From NCBI RefSeq assembly GCF_000400465.1, contig NW_008806274.1:761588-793587 (forward strand): a stretch of 32,000 nt of DNA. Direction: 5' to 3'. A program made the position numbers and the translations under genes. Under the pieces are notes generated by a model, which saw only the letters and a list, made by a program, of their open reading frames with translations, was not told the DNA's origin and did not search any database. This DNA comes from Wallemia ichthyophaga EXF-994 (Eukaryota; Fungi; Basidiomycota). Position 1 is the stretch's first letter. Each line of letters opens with the position of its first letter. Shown here piece by piece: positions 20,647-32,000 of this stretch.

Positions 20647-23600
20647 TCAAGTGAAATTATTATGCAACCCCACTCTGTTTATATAATAAGTTAGTATCCC
20701 TTTCTTCGTTTCTGGTATTCTACCCAATTCAAACAGTTTGTTTTCATCACGCAGTACTGATTGTGCAGCAACAATCACTTTCACTGCTGACTGCCTCACT
20801 AAGCCATTCTCATCGTTGAGTCCCTGTCATTTGTAAGTTTGATTTAAACGCGTCAAGTCCCCCCACACACATTGATCAAAACATCCTGCACACGAGGTAT
20901 TTCCTCTTCAAGTACTTCAGCTGGTAATCTGAGAAACAGCCTTCCGAGAGCCTTCAAAGCTAGCGAAAATGACATGGCTTCTTTCGCCCCTTTGCTGTCG
21001 CTCTGTGCGCTTATCTCTATCGCACTTTCCAGCGCCCCCACTCCACAAATTGGATCAATACTATCTGTAAACAACTCCATCAGCGCATCTGATGCGTCGT
21101 AGTTCTCTTTTCGCGTTGATAAACGCAGCTTTATTAAGCTGTTGAACACACTCATTTCACTACCCATTAACATATCAGCCTGTTTCTCAATCAGGTTGCG
21201 CAGTAGTCTGAGCGTAGCGTCCTGCTGATCACTGTCGTGCTAGTGATTGTGTTAGTGTTGTGTAAATCTTAGTAAACTTAATTCCTAACTCACACTCGCA
21301 TCATCAAGCATAAGCAAAGATCCTTCGAGAATAATAGTGAATAAACCGCCCTCATTCCAAATACTCCCCTCCTCGTTCAACTTATTCATCTCATTCTCCT
21401 TCTCCTTCTCCTTGCCTGAAATAGTTGGATACATAACACTGATACTGCTAAGTTGGTCTAGTTCAATGGGCGTGAGCGACTCTCCCGCAACCAGTTTATC
21501 TTTAAGTTGTCTCAGTACATCTATATGATGTCCATACTTCGAGTCACGTAGACTGGTGTCTTTGTTCTCATCTGCTCATCGTTAGCTGTACACACCCGCA
21601 CACACCTCCCACTTACAAGCATCCACTCTATTCAACCACCACTGGTTACTTCCACCGACTTTGCGCATATCGTGCACCACTCTCGGCGTACCCGCTTTGT
21701 TCATTGGTGAGTCGACGACTTGCTGAGCCTGCTGAAGTATCTTTCTCATCTTGGACGGTGGGGTGGCTACTGAGCTTCTGACAGAAGGGTTGACGACAGC
21801 TGGTGCTGGTGAAGGTGCTGGTGAGGGTGCTGGCGATGGTGCACTCCTCCTCACCGGCGTGCCCTCGTTAGTGCCTTCTTGGTTGGAGATACTCGTCGAT
21901 GCAAGCTCCTCATTCACCTCTAACAAGTGGTTCGCTGTGCTCTCCGCAATCTTCGAAATGGATTGAGGTGACGCATCCGTCTGTGCATTCTTTTGCTTGG
22001 GTGTGTCGTTTGAGCTTGTACTGTGTGAAAGTGGACGCTTGTTCGTTGACTTCTGCAATTTTAGTGGGGAGTCGTCAAACTTCATTAATTCTTCCTGCTC
22101 TTCTTCCTCTTCATCCCCTTCTGTGTTCCCGTCGCCTCGCTTATTTGCCAGAAGGAAGGTATCTTCCATGGTAGTGTGGTTATTCCAATCGTCAGGCTGA
22201 CTCTCCTGCATCAGGCTGCCCAATGGTGTGCTCGAGCCCATCATCGCAACACTGAGCCTCTCACTTGGGCGACGTCCTTGCACTGCCTGTGGCTGTGTAT
22301 TTGACTGTGGTTGACCCAGTGGTGATGGTCGGTTTGGTGGTGAGCCGTACGCCTTGTCTGATGTATCTGCCGCGGTTGAGCTGCTAAATGACTGACGCAG
22401 AGGTGATGATTCTTTGGGTGATGTTGAAGTAGATTTTGTGGTTGCGCGGTTCGACGTGCGCAATGGTGTTGGCGATCTCTGACTCATTTCCTCGTCTGCT
22501 GTAGGTTTGGATGGTGGTGAGTTTATCTGCATTGGTGAGGTTGGTGGTGCTCTATCTTCTACAGACCGTTCACTTGGCTCAGGTCCTTCGGATGCTTCCA
22601 CCTCAACCTCAACCTCTTCCACATTTTGCTCCTCTTGTTCCAACTCTGCAGATGGTGTTCTCTTGTTTGTCGGAGTAGCAGCATTCTGTTGCGGAGGCGT
22701 TCTGTTAACCGGCGTAGCATTTCTGCTGGATGGTGGAGATGGTGATCTGCCTCGTGTCGGTGTATCACTTCTGCTCTCTGCCGCACCCCTCTTAATTGGC
22801 GTATCAGGTAGAGGTATGACAGATTCTGGAGGAGGCTCCGTCCTATTCTTTGCTATGAAGGCCGCCTTGGCTTCCCTGAATTGCTGACTCTTGGACGCTA
22901 GACCTTTTTTAGCATTCTGAGGAGCCGAATTCGACGCAATCTTAGCCTTCTCGAGCTGTTTGCGAGCAGTTGGATCGAGAGTGTCGATCAGCTTCGCAGA
23001 TTGTCCTGGCCACACAGCTTGGAACGCCCAATAAGTAGTACGACCCTGCTCACGCACTCCCGGGTTGGCATCTGCTAAAGCCTTCTTTATACACCATTCC
23101 AAAACACTCACCCCACCCGTCTGTTCGATGGCGTGTTTATGTGCACTGTGCGTCTCCACTACAATCCTCAGATGCGTTATAGAGAACTGACGCGGTGCTG
23201 GTGCTTTCTCATTAATACCGGAGTGCAAAACATTGAGTATGCGCGAGCTGTATGAGATATTACGCAAGATGGTGCTCAGTGCATTTTGGGAGTATTGCAC
23301 CACTATCTTCTTAGTCAGTGTTGCCATTCGCATTAAGCATGAGACCACGGGTTCAGCAAATGTGTCCATTTGGGAGCCAAGAAAATGAGACAGATCGACG
23401 CAAAGATTGATAGCGTTGAGGGATAAGGTAGTGCGCAGTGACTGCGCTATCGCGATAATACCATCGATGTTACTTTTCACTCCTTGCACGAATACATCGG
23501 CGTAGTGGAGGTGCACCTCACCTCGTAGCATCCCTCTTAGTCTCTTGATTTGCGTCTCGCGTGGTACCCAATTTTGTTCCGTTTCTTTGCCACTAAAGAG

Positions 23601-24613
23601 AGAGTGCATGGCCTCGAACTCCTTTTCTAGATCTTTTGAAGAGGCTGTGTAGACAGGATCGAGTTTCTCAACCTCTTTGTCCAGTTGCTTAGCCTGTTTT
23701 GGAGGCGCACTGGGTGCACTAGGCGCACTAGATGTACTGGAGTAGTGAGCGTTGGAGCCAGCCAGCTTGTCCTCCTCCGTGGGATCGTCAATCGGCATCG
23801 GTATGAGCTCAGGTCTGAAAGCAGCAGATTTGAGGACTCCATCGAGAATCTCATCGACGACGTTTTTTTTTATGTTCCTGTCAGTGATTTCCTTTTTGAG
23901 GCTTGTTTTGGCCTGTGCGGATGAGTTCCTAAAGAGAGTTATGATAGTCGACCGCGCAGCCTCCCTCACGCTGCTATCTGAGTCTTCGAGCAGAACAACG
24001 AATTGTGGAAGAAATGTGCGGAGGGGGAAAGAGTGAAGTGGATGTAAAGTAGCGAGATGGAGAAGAGACTGCTCGCGTATCCTCCAAACCTTTCCAGCCA
24101 GGCCCTGCTCTCTGATTGATTTTTCGAGGAGAACCCATGGTGTTTCTGGGGAGTTGGAAGTGTTTGAGCCAAATTTGAGCGCGCCTATCGATAAAGCCAT
24201 CAAAGCGGCGCGTGCAGCATCTCTAATCCTCTCCTTCTGATCAGCAAGCTTTTCGATAAGGCCATTGGGTGGACATAAGAAGGCAGTGAGCCCAAGCTTG
24301 AGCTGCCGGGAGTCTAAATCAGACGCGTTTGTTTGTGTGAGGATCGGAATGTAAGTTGGGAGAAAGGCGATAACGGCATGAGAGAGATGTGTATTGGGGG
24401 AGCGAAGATTGAGCTTGAGTGTGTTTGTGAGGGATTCAATGTGCTCTAAAGGCTCTGAAATCTCGCGCTGGAAAAGCAAATCAAGTGTCTGTATCGCTTC
24501 AATCTTCTTATCAACAGCTGTGGGTGGGTGTCAGAGATCGTAGTGACTGTAGTGGTTGCAGACTCACTCGAGTAGGATTTCAACACGCTTAGTAGTTTTG
24601 ACAGATCCTCCAT
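20647..24613 (-). CDS. STU1: CLASP-family microtubule-associated protein Stu1
   Basis: First exon MEDLSKLLSVLKSYS (intron 24567-24518), HEAT/TOG-like region, CLASP_N motifs FSGKETEQNW...SLRTTLS...KALADANPGVRE, an S/P/T-rich linker, then three more introns to a C-terminal GLNDENGLVRQSAVKVIVAAQSVLRDENKLF...ILTYYI. Confidence 0.88.
21802..21842. repeat. 12-bp coding tandem repeat (SPAP)x3 inside STU1
   Basis: ggtgctggtgaa-ggtgctggtgag-ggtgctggcgat-ggtgc, encoding SAPSPAPSPAPSPAP on the minus strand. Confidence 0.8.
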
Positions 24614-24651
24614 AGATTTTGAGATTTCGTTGTTGGTTGATAGAAGCAACG

Positions 24652-25359
24652 ATGACTAGTAATTTGAATAGGACTGGACTATTAAATCGCAGTGGACTAT
24701 TAAATTTAAAAAAGACTTCAATTTTAAACAGAGTCTTGACTTTTAATAGGAACCAATCTACTTCCACTCCACGCCTCATTCAACTCTACAACGGATCTCT
24801 ATCAGATGTCTATAGGAAGCTGAAAGTATTCTCATTTGGTTCTCTAGGCGCTGCATTTGCTATATCACCCATTATTACCATTCTAGACGCGCCTATAAAC
24901 ACAGCAGGCAGAATATTCCTAATAACAACCGCTCTCACCACATCGATAACGTCCACTGCAATGATTAACTGGTGCGGAAAGCCCTACGTAAGCTCATTGA
25001 AGGTGTTGAGCATCGGCGATAGACAATCTGTTGAACTCATCACCCATTCTTTCACTCTCAAGAAACTCAGAACACTTGTCCATGACACTACGTGGTTGAG
25101 GAGGGCTGATCGTCCTCTAGCCACCTGGGAGATCTGCGATGGTGATGTAAGTGCTGCTGCTACTCATGGGCGCGACGATGGCGTCAGAGAAGTTATTGCT
25201 CAGACTTTCCATCTCACTTCCGGCAAATTGATCGGTGAGTGGTTTGTAATTTGGAAGAGGGATGGTGATTCAGTGAGTGCGGAAGTCCAGAAGACTGGTG
25301 CTGTCGATAGATACTTCAATGTCGATGAGAAGTATGTTCCGAGCGTGAGGGTCAATTGA
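24652..25359 (+). CDS. mitochondrial inner-membrane protein, TMEM70/TMEM186-like
   Basis: First ATG at 24652, basic presequence-like N-terminus. YNGSLSDVYRKLKVFSFGSLG, two hydrophobic helices and WCGKPYVSSL match my recollection of fungal TMEM70-family proteins. Confidence 0.6.
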   Translation: MTSNLNRTGLLNRSGLLNLKKTSILNRVLTFNRNQSTSTPRLIQLYNGSLSDVYRKLKVFSFGSLGAAFAISPIITILDAPINTAGRIFLITTALTTSITSTAMINWCGKPYVSSLKVLSIGDRQSVELITHSFTLKKLRTLVHDTTWLRRADRPLATWEICDGDVSAAATHGRDDGVREVIAQTFHLTSGKLIGEWFVIWKRDGDSVSAEVQKTGAVDRYFNVDEKYVPSVRVN

Positions 25360-25394
25360 TTTAAGTATACAAGAAATCACTTTATTAGAATATG

Positions 25395-27597
25395 TCATAG
25401 GAGGTATCTGAATACATTCATTAGCTTGTGCACTATATAAAGCCCAACAAACCTCACCTATTCATTGGATGGCGATCTCCTAAACACGCTATTTCAAACT
25501 CACTGAGCTCCGACAGCCCCAGATAGGCCTTTTCGTCAAATGCCACATCGATACCATTATTTTCCTGCTCTTTGAGCATCTTGATTGAGCTCCTATACTC
25601 AAGTCTCTTTCGATACTGTTCTGGTGTTCCAAACAACCTGTCCCGGCGCTCATTCTCCCTCTTGAGGAGGTATCTGACCGCACATGCAGTAGTCGAGCCT
25701 ATAATGCACAGCGCCAAACAGTAACCGTGACCGGGCAAGAATCGAGGTGCAGTTGATTCAGCTGCGATGGTGTCAGGGGTGATCTGACATGAGTAAAATA
25801 CTCACGGTATATGAAACTGGAGGCCTGTTGTGGTTTATTATGTTAGAAAGGATCTCTGCGAGCTGATTAGGTACCTACCAGACCACCGCAATTGCCGCAC
25901 ATTACAATGAACGCCGAAGCAATTGCACGTTTGTAAGAGGGTCCAAATGTCGCACTGTACCAAGGCTGCGAGAGTGTCTCAGTGGTTGAGTTGAAAAAAG
26001 GAGGAATCTCCTACCAACAAGCCCGCAGCTACGATGTTGTTTCCAGCTACCATGAGAAATAAGCTGAAAAAGCGTGCTCCCACTGCAACATGTGGTGGGA
26101 TAGCCATGATGATAATAAAACCAATGGCAGTGATGAGTAATCCCGCTACAACCAGCACGGCTCTTTGTCTTTTCTTGTCCGACCATGCAGCAGCGAAAAG
26201 AGCGCATATAATCCCAAACACATACACTGGCGCTGTGAGAAGATGTGATTCGGCAACGTCGAAATCGCCCAATTCACTGATTATAGTGGGTATCCAAGTA
26301 CTCAGCACGTAAAGTAGACTACCGTTCGTGTAGTTGACTATAGCGAGCATGTACAGTTTGGGGTCAGTAAATGCAGAGGTGACTTGACCGATAGTGAAGG
26401 GCAAATTTTCATCTAAAACGACCTGGTGCGCGGCGAGGTGGTCTAGCCAAGCACTTTTCTCTGCGTTGCTTAAAATCTTGGCTGGATCACATATCAGCAG
26501 GCAAATAAACCGCGGTTTTCCCACTCACATTCACTTGGGAAATCCTGTATGAAGAAGAAGGACGCAACGGCAACAACAAAGCTGAGTAGTCCTTCTATGA
26601 TATATATCCACCGCCAGCCTTCTAGCCCACCAACGCCTCTCATCAAAGCCAAGACATAGCTGAAAATACCACCGAACGCAGCAGCCATTTGCGATCCGAG
26701 ATAGACAACTTTTGAGGTGTCAATGGGCAATAAAACGTGCGCTATCAGCCACTTACTTGTTATTCTTTTGCCCTGCTGGGGTGGAGGAAACCCTGAATCG
26801 AAATGTATGTGAGTGAGTTTGATCAATCGTAAGAACGCACACGCGGTGAGAATTATAAGCATTCCCGGGAACAAGCCTAACTAATATTAACGAATTAATG
26901 GATCAGCACGCTTTTCACTCACCTCCTTCCGCTAGACCAAGAAACCATCTCACAGCAATCAAGCCAGAGTAGTTCTGCAAACTATGAATGAAAGTATGAG
27001 TAGTGCAGAACTATGCCCACCTGAACGATTCCGGTGAGGGTGCATACGATTGCCCAGCTGACTGCCATGAATGGAATTGTTAGCTGGGGACCAATTTTCT
27101 TCGTCAGCATGTTCCACGGTATCTAAGTAGAGTTAGTGGTGTGAAAGAGAGAAAGCAAAGGTACTCACTTCTGACGCTATCTGTGTAGTGTTGGATGAGT
27201 CGCAGTGCTTTTACACCCACTCACATACGACACATAAAAAACTGTGAGACATATTTCAAATTGATAGTCTGACTACGTTAAGTGAGCTGCGAGTATCATC
27301 TCACAGTCAAACTCTACCTACAATGTTCAAGTCACCGAGCAACCCTTCTAGCTTTGCCTGGCCGATGTTGACTCGATCGAGGAAGTTAACACAGAAAAGA
27401 AAGAAAAGGGCAGGGACAATCATCAAGTCGAGGCGCCTAGTAATGCGTTTAATGAGAAGTATATTGTCATTGTTCTCCTCGCTGCTATCTCTATACTTAA
27501 AGGAATCTATTTCTTCATTGCGTTTAAAGTGATCTTTGTTTGTGTCGCATGGATGCGCCTGTTTCTGATTATCAGAGTGATCGTCGAATGCACTCAT
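25395..27597 (-). CDS. MFS transporter, anion:cation symporter (DAL5/allantoate-nicotinate permease) family, copy 1; 12 introns
   Basis: Spliced motifs ITRRLDLMIVP...NFLDRVNIGQAKLEG, VFYVSYIASEIPWN, RWFLGLAEGGLFPG, GLEGWRWIYIIEG, FGPSYKR and LGDRHPMNRYLL. All junctions restore frame. Confidence 0.9.
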
Positions 27598-27800
27598 AAA
27601 GAGATGTAGAATGTACAGCAGCCTTTTTAGTGTTTGGAATGGGTGAGTAAACTTCGGTATGAATATTACGTCAGATTAGCTAGGTATGAGGAGCGTGATA
27701 AGTTTATACATTAGTTTGCTCAATTGAGAGTATTACAGGCTACGTTTTGTATTATTTTCATAGCTGCGTGTGTTAGCCTGAGCTCGATGGAAAAAGGTTA

Positions 27801-27816
27801 ACACACACACACACAC
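27801..27816. repeat. (AC)8 microsatellite just past the SmF stop codon
   Basis: acacacacacacacac read directly. Confidence 0.8.
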
Positions 27817-27822
27817 GAATCA

Positions 27823-28290
27823 CTACTGTTGCATTTCTTCATCCTTTGCTGCGTTTGAAGCTTCCTCTGCTTCTTTCCTAGGGAATTGTTAGTGAATTTC
27901 GTGTGATAGACATAGACGCACAACCAGAGTACGTTGTTGCAACTATGTAATGAATTCGTGAGCCCAGAAAAAACTGAAAGCAATTCCTACCCACCGTATA
28001 AAGACCTCTCCGAGTGCGCCATTAGACTTTTCATTTTGGAATTCTTCAGTGTTTGCGAGCTGTGCTAGTTAGAGGGGAACTGGAAGAATACCACTGAGCA
28101 CACCTGCAAGTTCATGTAATTGTCCACCGAAACCAAATATCCCTTATAATCCAACCCCCACTTGAGCCTCACTTGAACAGCTTTACCGGTGAGATCGTTG
28201 AGGAATGGACGTGGATTTACTGGCTGGACCTGGAGTACACATTAGACCATTACAGGAAACGCGAGAGTCGAACACCCAACTCACACTCAT
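27823..28290 (-). CDS. SMX3: small nuclear ribonucleoprotein SmF (90 aa, 4 introns), absent from ORF track
   Basis: Exons 28290-28285, 28229-28104, 28059-27995, 27942-27922 and 27877-27823. Product [90 protein letters not shown] with Sm1 and Sm2 motifs. Confidence 0.95.
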
Positions 28291-28366
28291 ATTTATAAAA
28301 ATCCAGTCGTCGTCGTTGGTGAGGAAGAAGCTTTTGAACCTCAACATCCATCACACCAGCTGAAGC

Positions 28367-28875
28367 ATGAGCGACGACGAGAAGAATATACCAACGAGCT
28401 CGTCCTTCGACGATGATCTCACGCTCCCAAAAGCAACTGCAGAGAAGCTGATAAAGGGTGTGTTCTGCGTGTTGTGTGGATAGCCATCTAAACCTCCATA
28501 GACATGCTCCCTCCAGAACTCACAGTGGCCAAAGAAACAAGAGACTTGCTTATCGAATGCTGTGTCGAATTCATACACCTCGTCTCCTCGGAAGCCAACG
28601 AGGCGTGCGAGCAGGATAGCAAGAAGACCATCTCCCCAGAACACGTCGTCGCAGCTCTCAAAACACTCGGCTTCGAGACCTACCTGAAAGACATGGAGGA
28701 GGTTCTCAAGGATCACAAGGCACAGGCTAAGGTCAAGTCCGCCTGGGATAAGGAGAGGAAGGGCTCTAGGCTCGCAGCATCTGGAATGACCGAGGAGCAG
28801 CTACTCGCACAACAGGAGGAGCTCTTTGCCGCTTCCAAGGCGCGTATGGAGGCCAGCACGCAGCAGAGTGAGTAG
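28367..28875 (+). CDS. NCB2: negative cofactor 2 beta subunit (Dr1/Ncb2), histone fold
   Basis: Exon 1 DDDLTLPKATAEKLIK, intron 28458-28501, then DMLPPELTVAKETRDLLIECCVEFIHLVSSEANEACEQDSKKTISPEHVVAALKTLGF...SGMTEEQLLAQQEELF. Confidence 0.93.
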
Positions 28876-28955
28876 ATAGCTAGTCCAGACCAATCTGCAT
28901 ACTACAACTTGTACTGTATTAAATTGTTGTAATAATCTTATCTATAAGCAATTAA

Positions 28956-29719
28956 TCAACTCTTGATCAACACAAAGTCGCTATCATCCAATCCAAATTT
29001 AATCACGTCACCGCTCATTATCTCGAAATAGCGCGACACTGGTATTTCCTCGCCATTGACTTGTGTGCCATTGGTTGACTCCAAATCCAACACGAATGGT
29101 CTGCTCTATCGTGAGATGGTGACGCTAGTATAATGTTAAACCCACTTGACCGCTTCCAAGACATCACCAAATTCATTCTTACTCCTTATCGCTCTGTATT
29201 GAATCACTGCATGCTGCTTCGAAATTGATGGATGCGCAACCGGGTAATCTGCGACGTTTGCATCCTTCCCAAATAGATAGCAGCTCTGTTTGTCGAGCAT
29301 GAGCATGTCTGCCGTGTATTAATATCGGCTGCATATTCCCACTCCTACTCACCCGTTTGTGTCTCTCCCTTAAACACGAATAACCGCCAGTCATCCCCCT
29401 TACCGGGCTTTTGTGCTTCGAGTGGCTCGTGGTACTTGAGCACTACCCCATTCACCGTCTTGCTCTCTGCCGCTAGCAAGCCTGAATTGGAGAAGTCTGG
29501 CTTTATTTCAGGTGGTGTGCGTCGAGGTGACCTGGTTGGTGACTTGGACCTCGAGGGCCTGGGGGATCGAGAGCGTCTGTGTAGGTCTCTGAATGGCTTT
29601 CTCTCATCGCTCTGTCTGCTGTCCCGCCTATCAAGACGCTCATCACGCCTTCTTGGATTGCTTTGGTATCTTTCATATTCTTCTTTGTCATCCTTGCGCT
29701 TGTATCCTCTATCATGCAT
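28956..29719 (-). CDS. PML1: FHA-domain RES-complex splicing factor Pml1/SNIP1
   Basis: RS/RD-rich N-terminus, KPDFSNSGLLAAESKTVNGVVLKYHEPLEA, WRLFVFKG, then after two introns YLFGKD...HPSISKQHAVIQYR...PFVLDLESTNGTQVN...SRYFEI...DVIKFG; stop TGA 28958-28956. Confidence 0.9.
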
Positions 29720-29795
29720 TTTTGATTAGTGATGATCGTTCTGTTCGGAGAATCACCTAATTTAATTTCGTCTTCTCCTCTTCCATCAACAAATA

Positions 29796-31877
29796 ATGAC
29801 TCAAGTTACGCCGAACAATCTTGGGTTTTCTCCGCAAAACGAAAGGAGGCTCCTCTGGAAATTAGATCTTCGTCTAATCCCCATACTTAGTCTTCTCTGT
29901 GGGTAACACCTGATATGGAAGGAGCTGATTTCTTAATAATCCATCTGCAGACCTCATCTCTTTTATCGATAGGTGAGCTTACATGCTTTTGTGCAACTTT
30001 GATTCACCGAAATTTAGAGTGAATGTGAGACCCACCTGACTGGATTCCTCGGCCGAACACTAACCCGAGCAGATTGGACAAGCAAAAGTCGCCGGCATGG
30101 TTACTAGCCTTGGCATGACATCCCACCAGTTCCAAATCGCAAACACAATCTTTTTTTCCACCTATGTAAATAGAAGATTACCTCGCGCGTTAACTCACAT
30201 GACGCCGACTGCAGGTCGCCTTTGAAGTAAATGTCACAGCTGTTTTTCGCTCTTAACACGCTCATTCACGACTCCAGATCATTGGCAATCTTCTCATCAA
30301 AAAGTTTCGGCCCAGTCGTACTCTTCCCGTGATGATAACGTGGGTTGTTTTATATCGCGCTAGCAGCTTACTTACTCGTACAAGGGCTTGGAGCGCTGTA
30401 CTTATCGGACAGGCGTTTGCGAAAAACGCGGGACATCTTTACACGACAAGAGTCTGTTTCAGTGTTGTTGGTAGACTGCTTTGCTTACTGCTGCAATCCA
30501 GGTCCTACTTGGCGTCTTTGAAGCCTCCCTTTTCCCAGGTGTGTGTCACATCTCACATCTCGCGTCTAACGTCTCACATACTCAATCTCCAGGTGCAATT
30601 TACATCATTTCATTGTATTATCCAAGGTCCGAGCAAACCCTGCGCATGGGATTCCTTTTCTCAGCTTGTGTTTTGGCCGGTGCATTTGTGGGTCCTGAAA
30701 ATCTTATCAGCACGAGAAGCTTACGCACTGCAGGGTGGTGTACTGGCATACGGTCTATCACAAATCCATGGCGCGGGCTTGGAAGGGTGGTCTTATATCT
30801 TTCTGATCGAAGGAGCAATGTCATTCGTCGTTGCGGTTATCTCCTTCTTTACCATTGTTGATCTCCCTAAGGAGGCTAAATTCCTCAGTGAGCCCGAAAG
30901 AGAATTCGTTATCCATAGAATCAAACAGGGTCAAGGTGCTCTCTCTCTCGATGTTGATTTTTCATGGAATCACATAACATCCGCAATTCTCGATTACAAG
31001 CTGTATATCTTCGCTAGCATGTACTTCTGTACCGGCGCTCTCCTTTATGCTCTTGCAACTTTCGCGCCAGTCATCATTTCCCAGCTCGGAGAGTGGTCAA
31101 ATGCCCAATCTCAGCTGCTCACTGTCCCCCCGTATGCTTTGGGCTTTATTACCACTATTGGATGCGCTTATATTAGCGATAAGACAGGCTATCGTGCATT
31201 CCTCATTATGTTAGGAACGTTTGTGTCTCTGATTGGGTACATTCTCATCCTAGTCATACCGGACCACGCTCCAGGGGTGAGTCAGGGCGGTTTAATCTGA
31301 GACACACACAGATCTGACATTATTTCAGGCCAAGTACTTCTCTTTGTTTGTAATGGTTGCCGGATTCAGTCCTGCTGCTGGCATCGTTTTAGCATGGGGT
31401 GCTGGTTCATTTGGTCCTACTTATAAGAGAGGTATAACGCAGGGCGTTATTATGTCGGCGGGAAATACTGCGGGTATACTTAGCTCGTTTTTATATCCCG
31501 ACTCAGACAAGCCTGATTTCGTCATGGGACACTCAGTCTCTGCAGCGTTTTCCGCCTTCACTTTCATCCTTGCCGTTGCTCTCCATTTTATACTAAAGCG
31601 TGAAAATAAGCAGCGCGATGAGAAGTTCGGCACATTGGACGAGATATACGCCATCATCAATGAACAAAGCGGAGGTGTAAGTAATGCGTACACGCCCGAG
31701 AAGGATGCGAAGGATGCGGAAGACGCGGATGCGGTAAATAACTTACCATCGGTATCGAGAAACGAATTCACAGACCTTCCCCCGGTATTGATAGAGAAAT
31801 TCGGATTACATGGTTTGAGTAAAGAAGACATAGCTAATTTGGGTGATAAGCATCCAATGTTCAGGTATTTGTGTTAA
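29796..31877 (+). CDS. MFS transporter, DAL5/ACS family, copy 2; 10 introns
   Basis: Spliced motifs LLWKLDLRLIP...SFIDRVNIGQAKVAG, FFSTYVAFEIIGN, RVLLGVFEASLFPG, GLEGWSYIFLIEG, FGPTYKR and LGDKHPMFRYLC. Confidence 0.9.
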
Positions 31878-32000
31878 CGAGGTGACGTGATGTGGAGTTG
31901 TACATTGTATTCGCAGTTTACTCAATCTAACTCTTTTGTATTGTATTATACATATAATGTTATATATTAAAAGAAGTAGCTGTAACAATACCGATTATAG

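Noticed and set aside
1-32000. Transposons, LTRs, CRISPR arrays, rRNA or secondary-metabolite clusters
   Set aside because: I saw no transposase, RT, integrase, PKS or NRPS motifs, long terminal repeats or spaced direct-repeat arrays. Only short microsatellites and coding repeats are present.

Overview
This is eukaryotic DNA from a very compact fungal genome with short introns (about 44-60 nt, GT...YAG) and intergenic gaps often under 150 bp. The style suggests a basidiomycete such as Wallemia, but that is inference, not a database result. I resolved about 25 protein genes and one tRNA-Asn(GTT) by manual splicing. Conserved genes are mitochondrial release factor MRF1, Cdt1, Rho-GDI, Snu66/SART1, Isu1, Gemin2, Arg8, an aquaglyceroporin, Atg8, Stu1/CLASP, a TMEM70-like gene, SmF, NC2-beta, Pml1/SNIP1 and two paralogous DAL5-type MFS transporters. 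Atg8, SmF and two small orphan genes are largely invisible in the ORF track because introns fragment them. Between Rho-GDI and Snu66 (about 6.9-12.7 kb) is a housekeeping-free island around the tRNA, holding small secreted or orphan genes and a tandem pair of divergent membrane-protein paralogs. The best lead is in that pair: one copy has an in-frame TGA exactly where the other has Cys (TGT), and the TGA lies inside a potential 45-nt frame-preserving GT-AG intron made of sequence that is conserved coding sequence in the paralog. This could be intronization, recoding or simple pseudogenization. I saw no mobile elements or CRISPR arrays.
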